DNA of 64,000 bases from assembly GCA_951406725.2 (NCBI GenBank), contig OX597821.1, forward strand, positions 28,086,001 through 28,150,000, given 5' to 3'. The notes beneath the pieces are model-generated. The model was not told where the DNA came from. It saw only the letters and a list, made by a program, of their open reading frames with translations, and made no database searches. This document shows positions 13,810 through 27,531 of this stretch, in pieces (position 1 is the stretch's first letter; every line of letters starts with the position of its first letter). The position numbers were made by a program, and so were the translations under genes. The DNA is from Octopus vulgaris (Eukaryota).

Positions 13810-14190
13810 AGGATAACAATCAAACTATGTTGCGTGATTTTCACGTATGAGTACAAACTGGGTCCCTCTGCCGCAGAAGCTCTGCGGAATATCAAGCGGG
13901 TCTTTGGGGATGGTTTTGTTGACAACAGAACGGTTCAGAGATGTTTCCAAAGCTTTCGTTCAGGAGATGATAGCCTGGAAAATAAACCAAGGGCTAAGCC
14001 AAAATCAGTTATTTAGCATGATGGATTAAATGCTTTGATTGAACAAAACCCGAGAACAAAGGTCGAAAACTTTCATCAGAACTCCAAACATCTCGCACAA
14101 CTCTTTTTAGACACCTGTAAAGAATTGGAAAAGTCAAGAAAACATATAGGTACGTTCCACATCAACTGAACGAGATTCAAAAACAGGACT
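13810..14190 (+). pseudogene. Mariner transposase N-terminal fragment
   Basis: YEYKLGPSAAEALRNIKRVFGDGFVDNRTVQRCFQSFRSGDDSLENKPR...LIEQNPR...IGKVKK...YVPHQL, with stops and frameshifts. Confidence 0.8.
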
Positions 14191-14334
14191 TATCTCATTA
14201 GCTGGTTTTTGAAGACTTCTCTGTTTCTTTACTAGTTTCTTTGCCCTACTATGCCTTCCACGACATATTTTTCCTGCCCTATGCATTACACTGCCATTTC
14301 TTAACGTAATTATTCTATAATTACCACATGATAT

Positions 14335-14812
14335 AGTTGCAACCGTTGCTGTATGGTAAGAAATTCGCTTCCTAACCACATGGTTCCAGTGTCAATCCGA
14401 CTGCGCGGCACCTTGGGCAAGTGTCTACATCGAGAGAGTGAGGCCACGCTGGGGCACTGCATGAAGGACTTTTAGTCGGATGAATAGAGTCCAATGCTGA
14501 CACTGCTTAATTTTTTAAAATCTGGCACTCATTTTATCAGAATCTTTTGCCGAAACGCTAAGTTGCGGGGGCGCAAACAGACCAACACCGGTTGTCAAGT
14601 GTTCGTGGGTAGACAAACACGTACCCACACATACATATAGACATATATATACGACTGGTGTCTTTTAGTATCCGTCTGACTAACTCACTCACAAGGCTTT
14701 TGTTGGCCCGGGGCTACAGTAGAAGACACTTGCCCAAGGTAGCACTTTGTGGGATTCAGCCTGGAACCATGTGGTTAGGAAACAAGCGTCTTACAACACA
14801 TTCTCGCCTGCG
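14335..14812. mobile_element. SINE family C: + strand head fragment (14335-14427) and degenerate - strand copy (14440-14812)
   Basis: CCACATGGTTCC...CACCTTGGGCAAGTGTC present in both orientations. Confidence 0.65.
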
Positions 14813-14972
14813 TCAACACTAGTTCACATTTTTACAAATGTCATATTTTAATATGGTTTTCATGGGTTATGCATCAGTTTAACTGCTGTTACCTCATATC
14901 AGAACCTCAATCATATATTTAACATTGGCATTCCCAAGTGGGTGACGGTAGCTGTATTGATAATCCTTATTA

Positions 14973-15355
14973 ATAAAGGCACAAGGCTAGTGTTTGACTG
15001 GCATTCAATTTACCGACTTCAAAAGGATGAAAGCCAAAGTCGACCCCGGCGAAAATTTAAACTCAGAACGTAAAGACGGACGGAATGCCGCAAAACATTT
15101 TGTCCGGCGTGCTAAAGATTCTGCCAAGTTTTTCCGCCTTGTGGCTGTACTGATAATAGGCACGAGGCATGAAATTTTGGGGAGGCGTCTAAGTCGATAA
15201 TATCGACCCCAGTGTTTCGATGGTACTTATTTTATCAAACCCGAAAGCCTGAAAGGGAAAGTGGTTCTCGGCTGAATTTGAATTTAGAACGTAGAGACGG
15301 ACGAAATGCCGCTAAGCATTTTACTTGGTGCGGTAATGATTCTGCCAGCTAGCCA
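14973..15355 (-). mobile_element. Two tandem SINE family A copies
   Basis: AAAGGATGAAAGCCAAAGTCGACCCCGGCGAAAATTTAAACTCAGAACG, with a second copy from ~15157. Confidence 0.75.
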
Positions 15356-15570
15356 TCTGTATGGCTGTATTGAAAATAGGGACTTTTAACATTTATCATC
15401 TGTAGTAGCCACCTCTCTTTCTTTTCATATGTATGTTTCTATTTGTGTTTGTCTACATACGTGTAAGTGCTATTTTCGACATCTTATTCGAAACCAGAAC
15501 ACGAATAAAGTTAGATCGTTCGGACACTACTCAGTTCCTACCACATAAATAGAACACTACAATTATTAAT

Positions 15571-15775
15571 TTACTCTTTACTCTTTTACTTGTTTCAGGC
15601 ATTTGACTGCGGTCATGCTGGAGCACCGCCTTTTAGTCGAGCAAATCGACCCCATGTCTTTGTAAGCCAGGTACTTATTCTATCGGTCTCTTTTGACGAA
15701 CCACTAAATAACGGGGACGTAAACATACCAGCATCGGTTGTCAAGCGATGTTGGGGGACAAACACAGACGCACAA

Positions 15776-15837
<62 letters not shown>

Positions 15838-16003
15838 GACAGGCTTCTTTCAGTTTCCGTCTACCAAATCCACTCACAATGCTTTGGCCGGCCCGAGGCT
15901 ATATAGTAGAAGACACTTTCCCAAGCTGCCACGCAGTGGGACTGAACCCGGAACCCTGTGGTTGGTAAGCAGGCTACCTACCACACAGGCACTCCTGCGT
16001 CTA
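15571..16003 (-). mobile_element. Full-length SINE family C with central microsatellite
   Basis: Minus strand: tRNA-like head (GGTTCCGGGTTCAGTCCC-type B box), CORE-like CTTGGGAAAGTGTC, internal (TA)n(TG)n, tail ending GAAACAAGTAAAAGAGTAAAG. Confidence 0.85.
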
Positions 16004-16477
16004 CAATTGTTCGAGATTTCCTTTTAGAATGAATTATTTGAAACAGATTCTTCAATCAATTTCTCATCATCATGTAGTGCACTTCCCTTTCATATCACTA
16101 TGTTACGCAACTTTCCGTGTATTATGCAATTTCTCAAGCTCATCTCCACTGACTCCCTAACACTCGATTGTGGACTCAATACGAAAAATTATACAGATTT
16201 TCATTTTTTCCTTGAGTGTTGTTTTCATTTTCCTTTTCTTTTTCCATCGAGGTATTTTTGCATGAAGTCTCCTGAGCGAAGATTTTAATTCCTTTAGCAA
16301 GACAAATGCACATGTCTTTTTTGAACCCGTTGGGTATCGTTTGCTTAATAGTTGATGAGATATATGGATAAATGGTATGTGTTCATACTTACGCTGGCAC
16401 AAACACACACGTATATGTATATATGTGCAAATTTATGCATGCATGTATATATGCATACATACTTATCTACTTGTTGA

Positions 16478-16528
<51 letters not shown>

Positions 16529-16554
16529 TTATATATATATATTTATATATATAT

Positions 16555-16829
16555 GGAGGCGCAATGGCCTAGTGGTTAGGGCAGCGGACTCGCGGTCGCA
16601 GGATCGCGGTTTCGATTCTCAGACCGGGTGTTGTGAGTGTTTATTGAGCGAAAACACCTAAAAGCTCCACGAGGCTCCGGCAGGGGGTGGTGATCCCTGT
16701 TGTACTCTTTCACCACTCTTTCTTCTGTTGGCCTGCTCGCTTAACCAGCGGGGTGGCGTCATTCGAAGGCTAAAACAATGCGAACGCATTGTGAACAGCG
16801 ATGTGTAACAACATCTGATGGTCTGGTCG
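16555..16829 (+). mobile_element. tRNA-derived SINE (family B)
   Basis: A box TGGCCTAGTGG, B box GGTTTCGATTC; same head as 60800-61097. Confidence 0.8.
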
Positions 16830-16864
16830 AAAAGAATAAAGAAAAGAAAAATATATATATACTG

Positions 16865-16921
<57 letters not shown>

Positions 16922-17798
16922 TAGAAAGGGAAAGAGAAACACGGAGATAGAAATCAAAGATGAAAAGAGAGAAATTTAGTTTCATACCTATTGACATGTA
17001 CTTGCCAATGTCTATATATGTGTAAACAAGCATATTAAGGTTCCTTCATTTTTTGGTATTTGAGTGTAATCTTCATAATGCTTTCCAAACACACTGTGAA
17101 CTTTGATGTGCTGCTAGTAAAATACACTTTTCATTATATTGCTTAAGAAGATAGACACGAAGCGAATTAATGTATTACTATATTGATACGTCCAATATCA
17201 ATCATGTGTTACATTTATTTGGATAGTTTGTGGCAGATAGCTGGATATGTGTTCATCATATCTATATCTGTACAGACATAGGATTACACATACTTATAAT
17301 ACTAATTGACAAAGTGTACTCAAGGATGAAGATAAGCGTTTCTCTATCTTTACCTGCAAACGCATTTCGTGTGTCACATATCAGCCGAGAGAAAATACAT
17401 GACCTTTAGTAATATCTGTACAGACTTTACTGTAAAGCAAATGGCGTCTAAGCTAAGTGGTTTCAATATTATTCTTGCAAAGATATGCGTTTATATAAAT
17501 TGAAATACTTTAGTTTACTGTCATTTTAGAACAATGTTTAGAATGGCGCCGATATATTTCAACCGAATCAATAATACAGGCATTATTTTAAGGTCGCTAC
17601 CAATATAATTATGGGAGGATATATTACGGCATTTTGTAGTGTTTACGAATGTTGCGTCATATTTTAGTTGCAGTGGAAGAACATGATTTGAAGTTAGCAA
17701 GGTGACAAGGTTTTAAGGGAAAGAGAAAGAAAGATAGAGAAATATCCTATATGAAACACTCGCGTATACCTTAAGTCACACTTAGTCATATGCAGACA

Positions 17799-17832
<34 letters not shown>

Positions 17833-17899
17833 TGAACACACAAGCACACTCTCACAGACTCACACATATATATTTATAAATGCATGTATGTATGTACCT

Positions 17900-17900
17900 A

Positions 17901-17991
<91 letters not shown>

Positions 17992-18010
17992 ATATCTATC
18001 TATCTATTTA

Positions 18011-18074
<64 letters not shown>

Positions 18075-18075
18075 G
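17900..18075. repeat. (TATC)n/(TA)n microsatellite
   Basis: Directly visible. Confidence 0.9.
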
Positions 18076-18508
18076 AATATATAATCAAAGCAACTAAAAC
18101 AGAGTCAGTAATGGAAAGAGGGAGAGAGAGAGAGAGTGAGAGAGATACAGGGAGAGAAGAAGAATATGGGAAAGGGAAAATATACAAAGAGCTTGTTAGA
18201 TTCATACTCGCAGATTTTTAAAACACAAGTATATAAATAAACTGATTAATATTAAAACTAATGGATTTGTCAATTCATCTATTCAGACACAAAGATCAGT
18301 AGAATGTGGTTCATATAATTTTATCCATATTTAGACAAACACGCGCACACACAACACATACACATATATTTACAAGCAATTAAATATGTCCGGTCATAGA
18401 GTGATCAATGGTTTCTCTCCTCAATCTCAATGGCGGATGCATATCCCTTTTCAAACTTGTGGAGGGAAATCATTACGGCCATTTAATATTTAAACAAAGG
18501 CTACAATA

Positions 18509-18716
18509 CCTATTTCTTTACTACACACAAGGGGCTAAACACAGAGGGGACAAACAAGGACAGACAAACGGATTACGTCGATTATATCGACCCCAGTACG
18601 TAACTGGTAGTTAATTTATCGACCCCGAAAGGATGAAAGGCAAATTCGACCTCGGCGGAATTTGAACTCAGAACATAGCAACAGACGAAATACGGCTACG
18701 CATTTCGCACGGCGTG

Positions 18717-18718
<2 letters not shown>
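18509..18718 (-). mobile_element. SINE family A, young copy with truncated head
   Basis: Near-identical reverse complement of 31152-31386. Confidence 0.85.
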
Positions 18719-18796
<78 letters not shown>

Positions 18797-18942
18797 TTAT
18801 CTATCTGTCTGTCTGTCTGTCTGTCTGTCTATTTATCAATCTATCCATCTGTGTGTGTAATTGATAGAACGACTGATATATATATATATAGAGAGAGATA
18901 GATAGATAGATAGATAGATAGATTGGTAGGTAGGTAGGTAGG

Positions 18943-18998
<56 letters not shown>

Positions 18999-19070
18999 TA
19001 GGTAGGTAGGTAGGTAGGTAGGTAGGTAGGTATGTAGGTTGGTAGGTATATAGATAGATAGGTAGATGTT
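18718..19070. repeat. (TATC)n facing (GATA)n/(GGTA)n microsatellites
   Basis: Directly visible. Confidence 0.9.
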
Positions 19071-20041
19071 TCATTATTAGCCACACAGGGCTAGATAGAT
19101 AGATGGATGGGTGGATGAATGGATGGATGGATAGATGGCTACCTAATTAGATGTATAGATCGATAGACGGGCAGATAAATATGAATTAGTCATGGGTAAG
19201 TCGCGGCCCGTGTTACTTTCTGATTGGCACAATTAATGAAAAATTACTGTACTTGATGACTACCCATTTCTCTTGCGGCCCGCTTCTTCGAAAACGTTGC
19301 CTATGCATGATATTGATATATATTACACATTGCCTGTATGTATGTGTATGTGCTTGTGTGTTTGTGCGAGGGCGTGATGTGTCTATATGTGGGCGTCTGA
19401 GTGTCCGTGTAGGAGTGTGAGAGTTTGTGTATATGTATGTGTGCGCGCGTATTCTTGGATGATTGAGTCTGCGAACTACTTTTAGTATTGCAAGGAAATT
19501 TCCTTTAACTCTGCTGGGCCTTGCTCGTATGTACTTTACTCCTCTCTTTGTTTTGTAAGAAACTGCGCACGTAACAACACAAATTAGTTTTATTTTGTAG
19601 TTTAAACCAACCACCTTCCAATTCTATTAATATTTAGGTGATACCTAAACTAAGACATTATAGGTAATACCTAGGCTAAGACATTTAAGACCCACAAACT
19701 CTTTTGATATGAATTTTTGAAGTATCACGTGTTTTGAAGCTACATAAATCGTACGCTTTTGATAAGATTCAAATAAATTTTGCATCAATTCTTGTGTGCT
19801 GTCTCCTGTATTGTTTTCTACTCAGCATGCTGCAGCCACATATTGCTAATAGCTGATCACTTTTATTCTCATCATATTAAAGCATGCTCCGTCATTTCAT
19901 TGAAATAAGGATAAGCCTTTCAATATTGCTTCAATTGTCTATCCCTTTGGCGCCGACATTACATATGCAGATGTAAATATACATACATATCGATGTATGT
20001 TTAGGCATACATTAGCAGGAGCCTGTACGCACACACACATA

Positions 20042-20101
<60 letters not shown>

Positions 20102-20338
20102 AGTGTGTCTATATGAGTATATGTATGTGTGTGATGTGTGTGTGTATGTGTATGTGAATGCCTACATATTTGGTAGTCTTAGTGACGTTCTTATGCAATT
20201 AAGAGCGAATGGTATTTCTATTATTACTGGTGTGGTCATTTAGTTTATCACTTGTAAGTGGGGAGGTTATTGTTGTATTTTGCATTTAGCTCTTTGAAAT
20301 GTACATTTATTTGCATCCTACATACTTGTCTAACTCGT

Positions 20339-20393
<55 letters not shown>

Positions 20394-20607
20394 ATTTACT
20401 TATGATAACGTCTTATATTTTCTTTAGTGTTTCCCATATAGGTCCCCATTGTTTGCTCATTAATCACCTGTAGGTGTACTTTTATTTTTCCTTATTATCC
20501 ATTGTGCCGACCTCATATATTATTATTGTGGGTCAATATTTACTTGCCTGTTTCCATGAGGTCTTTTGTGTAGGCTATCCCTTTCTTGTGCTTTTGTTCT
20601 CTTCTTT

Positions 20608-20646
<39 letters not shown>

Positions 20647-22099
20647 GTTTTTCTCTAATAAATGTATTTTTCTTCGTGTTTCACCGAATTTCTTAAGATA
20701 ATTTATTTGCGTATCGTGGCCTCGATTATTGTATGTTTAATTATTTATGATGTATTATATGAGCGGTAGATTATTTCTTTGCATTCATTAAACTGTTGGA
20801 ATTTTACCGTTTGGTGATGGTGGGTGGTTTAAATTATTTTCCCTTACATTATTTTACCATTTTCTCTTTGCATTCATTAATTTACTCGCTAATTAAAAAT
20901 GTATGCACCTTTCGTAATATTTTTCACATCAATTTCTTTTTCTCTTTGTTTCATTCTTCAGCTTAATTTTTCTTCCTCCATATCATATAGATCATAAATT
21001 GTAACGAGCCATATTTTTAGTAGAGCATATTTATGTTTCTCTAGCATATACGTGAAACTAAAACATATCCTTGTTATTGTGATTGTGCATTGAACGAGAA
21101 AGTGTGTCAAAAGACATTTCTACAAAAACGACGTAAATACATTATTAAACAAAAAGCAAAAAATCTCATGTTGTTGTTCAGAAGGTGAACGATGATTACC
21201 AATAACGTTAAAAGTTGAGGCTAATATTCAACTTTGTGTGATACGGAGTGAGAAAACTATGTATAAATATTTACAGATTCTAACGTTGATATATTCCAAA
21301 CGTAATTATATCTTATCTTAAATGAAATATATAAACGTGGTCATCAAAATGATTCCATATCATTTTTACTTTCTCTGTTACAATAGTATGAAGGTTGCAT
21401 TCCTAATATCCACAATGTATTAAATTCAAAAGTTGGGTCGATATATTCGATGGATTTTAAGCTCACTTAATTTACATAATTTTTTATAAGAGGGGAAATG
21501 ACCGTAAAATTACGAACTTCGCTGCACATCACGCCTATGTTGTTTTGCGTTCGACATCGCTGCGTGACACATTTGCTAGTAGTAGGTTGATTATTAATGG
21601 AAGTTTGCAGATGTGAAACTTGAGAAATCCGATGCATGAGCTGAGTTCAAATCCTATAAAATAATTGAAGTCCTGTGATTATAGTCATATATGTTTGGGT
21701 TCCTAATGTATTTCCTCTTTCTCAACCACTGTTCTGATTTTACCGTTCTGATTATTTTGAGGTTGGAATGCCGTCGTGGTTGACACTTTCTCACATTTGC
21801 ATCGAAAAACTACGCATTTTGAAGTACAAAAGATATCAATGTTATTCCTGTATGAGTTATATACTTATGACTCATAAGTACATAACTCATAACTTATGAG
21901 TCATTGAGATTGGGTATATTCTATCCTGCATCTTTTAAACCATTCAGTGTGCAATATTTATTATAAAGGATACTTTAGGTGCTCAAGGAGGGGCAACATT
22001 CTGAATCCACTGATTTGTTGATACTCTTTAGACTATGTGTTTATATTAATTTTGTACTTCAGCCCTTCTCACCTGATGAATTAAAGAAGAAGTCAAATA

Positions 22100-22611
22100 T
22101 CTATATATATAAAACTGTAGTTGTGTGAGTGTCTGTCCCCTTCGATTTAGATTCCTAACTCCTCCCACATTTTGCGGTGCAGTTTAACCAAATTCGGGTA
22201 TCTTATAGTCGTGATTAATATCGAGCCCGTCTGCGTATTAGCGCGCGTCTACAATGAGTCTACGATTTAAAAAATAATTTAACATCATTTTTATTCCATT
22301 TTAATGCATAATTTTTCGTGTGTCGATGGCGGCGGAGTTGGCGTCCACGGTCACACCTGCACCTGTTTGCTTCTCCCCCTTCTTCCCTCCCTCGTGAAGC
22401 TGTGGGGAAGGGAGTTTAAGGAAATCAACGTCGTAAAGCGTTGTCAAGGAGACCAGCGTTCTTTTAGAACAACGACTTCATGGCTTGAAGACACCAAAAC
22501 AGAAATGGCTAAGAAAGCCCGAATTGGCATCTATAAGGGAAGTAACTCTCTAAAAATGTTTATATTGTTATTTCCCTTACAAACCCGAGCAACGCCGGGC
22601 GATACTGCTAG
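22100..22611 (+). mobile_element. Non-autonomous Helitron, copy 2
   Basis: A|TCTATATATATAAAAC ... hairpin 22584-22599 ... CTAG|T (22608-22611); no TSD. Confidence 0.9.
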
Positions 22612-23639
22612 TGATTATATAAATTTAAACGCATAATCTACCAGTACGTTACGGATCTTGTACCTAACATAGAAACACTTGCTGGTTTTTAATGACTCTA
22701 GTTTTATTCCTTTGAGGAAAATATTCTGATTCGTTGATATATATGTAAATTTCCGTCGTGTCTGCCAGTTCGATGAGGAAGTATTTTCATTTTGTGGTTT
22801 TATGATTACAGTATTAGGTTGATTCACCTTCATTTCCTGGATCTACGGTCTCTTTGTCTGAGAATTCGATATAAAAATTTATATGACAACTGTAATTTCA
22901 AAATTCTGGTCTATATTACCGTTCCCATTCTATAAACAGGAGGATATGACAAATATTTTGCCTCGTATGGTTATGAATGTATTTTCTTATTCTTTTCCAA
23001 ATATAATCTTTTTAACGATGAAAGTAGCTAGTTCTAAAATCTCTATAATAGATGCAAGTAATAACTATACGGAAAAGTAATGCCTGTTGCCACGTCAACA
23101 TAGCTGTTACATACGGTACAACGATACTTCTCCTTTTGAACTCCAAGAGGACACCATCACCAAGACGACACAAGACCTGTGTCCGATGCCCCATCCAGCG
23201 GTGACAGGACCAGTAAACCAGATCTGGTTTCAGTGTCTTTTCCTTCTTCTGTACTGGACACCTGTCTTGCTCGCAACATATCGAACACAGGTTTTATGTT
23301 GCTAACCAGCTGAAGGAGGTTTCCCTCTGGGGTTAAAAAATAGTAGTAAAATTGTTCCGTATGGAACAGCTATGCTGAAGTGGCAGGGACCATCGTTTTC
23401 TTTTTATTATTGAAGAAGTATACCAGCCTATAACTTTTGTTCTTTTATCTAAACGCTACATATTCATTGTATCCGTTTTGTAGTTTCTAGTCGGAAATAT
23501 TTGCTTCTATATAACAATCAAGTAGGATTCAGTGTGAGGGTAAACGCATTGGTTTCTTATACTGTGTTATGATTTTATCTCTTTTAAAATTCATTCACTG
23601 CAATGGAATTACAGCCATGTTTGTGAACTCAAGGTAATG

Positions 23640-23950
23640 AATAACTGGCATGTACACACGCCATACTCTGTGATAGCAAAAAATCAAGGGATTTTATAGA
23701 ATTTTCCAATAATAACTGAGCATACTATCGAAAGAAGAAGACCAGATACGACTACAGAGGAATAAAACCACAGACAATCTAAGACCATAGAACTTTTAAT
23801 ATCATATAATAGAGTAGATGCAAAAAATTCAGAATATTCTTGAATATCAGGACCTATCCAAAGAGATGAAGAGATTCTGAAAGTCTAAGGTGACAATTAT
23901 CCATGTCTTGATGGCTGCACTTTGTAAAAGAACCAAAATGCTAATTAATA
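23640..23950 (+). pseudogene. Degenerate restriction-like endonuclease domain of an R4/Dong-type non-LTR retrotransposon
   Basis: WHVHTPYSVI...DFPIITEHTIERRRPD...EYQDLSKEMKRF*KSKVTIIHVLMAAL matches the RPD...KYxDL...VIPVVIGALG pattern. Confidence 0.6.
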
Positions 23951-24332
23951 GGTGGAAATATATTGTGCCCTTACCTATGATCACCGGATCTTTAGGCACT
24001 TTTAAATACTATAAGGAAATACCAAGAAAAGAAAAGTATCATACCTAGAAAAACAATATTCCCATACGTACATCTCACACCCTAAGAAAATACCGTTAAC
24101 CTGAGAGTGTAAGAATTGTAAACTCTGCAACAAAATTTTAAAGAGATCTAATTCTCAGAATTTAGTCCCGTTTCCCTGTAAAATATCATTGCTATATACT
24201 AATAACACACAAAGTAAAACGTACAACGATGCTGTCACTTGGGGTCTCTGGGTGAAAATTTGAACTATTCGCATAAGAACAAAACAACCTACATAATGAA
24301 AGTCATAATAACAATGATGATGATGATGATAT

Positions 24333-24384
<52 letters not shown>

Positions 24385-24395
24385 AAAAATAATAA

Positions 24396-24793
24396 CCAGT
24401 TGTGCATGTCCCTTAGTGTCTGACGATATGTGCATCTCTGATCACGAGTAGAAGGAGTGGGGGAGCATCATAGCCATGTTTTGAGAGGGATTCTTTGGGG
24501 TTTGAATGATTCACCTCTGGAAACATGGGTGTTTCATTTAACATCCTTAAACAACCCTTAATCAGGGACCTTTTGAGTGGGATGGGTTACCCAACCAGAA
24601 GAAAATTCTAACTGGGCCCCACCCGCAAGGTCATGCACTGTTTATCTTGTTATGAGATCACCATGTCGCGCACATATGGTTGTGATGCATGTGCCTGGTG
24701 TATCCTTAGCAGACGGGTAGTCAAGATGGATAAACTGGCCTTTGTATATTTTACCACAGTGTCGTTTTGATGGCATGCACTGCTCTCCCTCTC
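24396..24793 (+). mobile_element. Retroposon 3' end (family D) with (AAT)n tail, copy 1
   Basis: About 390 bp highly similar to 39038-39420; both end ...CTCAATAATAAT. Confidence 0.75.
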
Positions 24794-24809
24794 AATAATA
24801 ATAATATTG

Positions 24810-24884
<75 letters not shown>

Positions 24885-25117
24885 GTCTTTTCTTATTTTG
24901 TTGCATAACTATCAATTTTGAGAGGCAGGTAAATCGATTAAATCAACCCAGTCCGCAACAGTTATTCGTTTACCCGCCTCAAAAAAATAGAAGGCAGATT
25001 CCACCTCGGTCGTATTTGAACACATAATGTAAAGGACGAAAGAAATGCCATTGAGTATTTTGTCCAATGCCGTAACTATTCAACCAGTTCGCCGCCTTAA
25101 CAATAAGAAATAGAGAA

Positions 25118-25139
25118 TTGTTAGTAAGAATGATGAGGT

Positions 25140-25172
<33 letters not shown>

Positions 25173-25231
25173 CGATGACGATGACGATGGTGGTGGTGGT
25201 GACTGTGGTGATGGCACTGATGATGATAGTG

Positions 25232-25300
<69 letters not shown>
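25118..25300. repeat. (GAT)n/(GAC)n/(GGT)n/(ATT)n compound microsatellite
   Basis: Directly visible. Confidence 0.9.
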
Positions 25301-25849
25301 GCTCTTAATATAGTTGTTGCAGTAGCAGGAGCATGCACTACTAAGTACAATAACAGAAACAAGTAGCAACAATTGTACATTATCTAATTCGGAATGGTTT
25401 CACTAATCTGGTTTAGTAAAAACGGAATCCATTTGATAAATTCCGAATAAAGCTGTAACACTTTCGAAATTAAATTTAGTCAAAATTGATTGCTGTTAAC
25501 TCTATTAGTTGTGCTTCGAACAAAATTATACTATTATTTTCATTCTTTCCTCCTTTTCAATAAATTTCCTAAATCTTACACGCATATTCAATAATCACTG
25601 CTCATAGAAATCAGTCCTATATAACTCGACATTTGTAACATTACAAACAATGTAATCTTGTTTAGCTCATTCATTGGTCAAACATTTGTGACGTCCAAAT
25701 ACGAAATACTGTCTGGAATTTACATAATAATAAGCATTCACTAGTATAGATATCGAATATGACGATATCTGTAGAACAGAAACTACAGTACATGCAGCAC
25801 AATAGAAACAATGGGGTGGCCCCGTATAAATAATAATATAATTTTTTTC

Positions 25850-26274
25850 GGATCTTTTCGGTTTGAACGGCAGTTTTTAGCATAATTTCTAGGTAACTAA
25901 ACAATTTTAAACTTCGTATACTGGTAGAATGTGTTTATAAAACATCTTTTTCTCTTGGCTTTATTGAGAAAATTCTATAGTTTGTAAGATATTTGTTGTT
26001 TTTTTTTCTTCAATTTCTGCAATTTCAACCAATCAATTACGTCTGCTGAGGTAAAAAACATTCTGTGCCGTATGAATATGTCCCTCGTTTAAGAAATAGA
26101 TTGGATTTATTTACATTTGTGAAGAAAAAAAGATACCCTCCCCCCTGACCCTAACCCTAACCCTAACCCTAAAACAGATGGAAATGCAATAGATCGATAC
26201 TAGGGTCATAATTATGGGTGACAATTTCATATGACACCGCTAGAAAAAAACTGCCGTTCAAACCGAAAACATCC
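25850..26274. mobile_element. MITE with 29-bp TIRs, 8-bp TSD and internal (CCCTAA)4, copy 1 (Merlin-like?)
   Basis: TIR GGATCTTTTCGGTTTGAACGGCAGTTTTT (28/29); perfect TSD TTTTTTTC at 25842-25849 and 26275-26282. Confidence 0.85.
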
Positions 26275-26289
26275 TTTTTTTCTCCTATA

Positions 26290-26660
26290 GCAGAGAGGGG
26301 AGGAGTTACTCGAGTAGATCGTTCGCAATACTCAACTGGTACTTATTATATCAACTCTGAAAGGATGAACGGTGACTTTTGACCTCAGAACGTGAAGCCG
26401 AAAGAAACGCCGCTAAATATTTTGCCTGATGCGGTACCGATTTTACTCGGTCTCCACCCAGCAAAAGTTGATAATTCTTTCTTGTATAGAAAGAAGGCCT
26501 GAAATTCGTGGAGAGGTGGCTGATTGATCCCATTTCTGAACCGGTACTTAATTTAGCGATCCCGAAAGGATGCAAAGCTAAATTAACCTCGCTAGTATTT
26601 GAATTTAGAATTTAAAACCAAAAGAAATTCTGATATGTATTTTGTCAGGTGTAGTGTACC
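26290..26660 (-). mobile_element. Two degenerate tandem SINE family A copies
   Basis: CTGGTACTTA...GAAAGGATG...CAGAACG motifs occur twice. Confidence 0.6.
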
Positions 26661-27489
26661 TTAACTCTTTTTTCCACCTAAAAGAATTACAACAATGATA
26701 ATAATTTATTACATTTATGAGAGAATTTCTTATAATACTGTTAAATATATTCAATGATTATAGGAATAATCCGCCTGTGGATTATCTATAGATGACTTGA
26801 GAAATCTTTTGTTAGCATGAAGTTCATTTAAGGAAAATACAACCACGTTTTCATTCTCTATAGCAATGCTTGATATTTTATACCAGTCTTGCGACTCGTA
26901 GAATTTTTTGAATAGTACTTGGCTTGAAGAATTTAGTAGTAGGGATCGGTTGATGATGAGCCATGTGTCATATGATCTGCTTCTGAAAAACCACAGCTCA
27001 AATTTGCTCTATATATCTTATACTATGCGAGAATTATTACTACTTTGAAACTTGCAAACAGGCAGAAATATTAAAACAATTTTTACAAAATGAATACATA
27101 AAAGTACTTTTGCATAATTTTGACTGAAATATATAGCAAGAAATCCACTAATTTAATTAAATAAATAATATTGTTATTTTGTGTAGTACCTCTCTAGAAA
27201 ATGATATGATATCAGATAGTTGGAACAGGGGAAAGTGTATCTTCGAAGTTACTTAACAATGCACTACACAGCTAAATTCCCATTTTATTTGAATTTATTT
27301 CATGTTGTTACAAACGTTTCATCGTATAAATGCGAGCAAATCACTGGCACAGTTCCACTAGAAAATAAGACATATTTTATTACAGTTAAGATTGTGAACT
27401 CAAAGTTGGCTGTCGCAAGAGTTATTTGATAGTGTTGATGAAAACTTGTTGGTAAATGCATTTCTACGATGCTGTATTAGATATCACTT

Positions 27490-27531
<42 letters not shown>

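Noticed and set aside
16555-16630. tRNA gene
   Set aside because: A and B boxes are present but there is no proper acceptor stem, and the sequence continues into a SINE body shared with 60800-61097.
22072-22635. CTGATGA hammerhead core interrupted by the Helitron
   Set aside because: After removing the Helitron there is no GAAA (TAAA instead) and no convincing stems.
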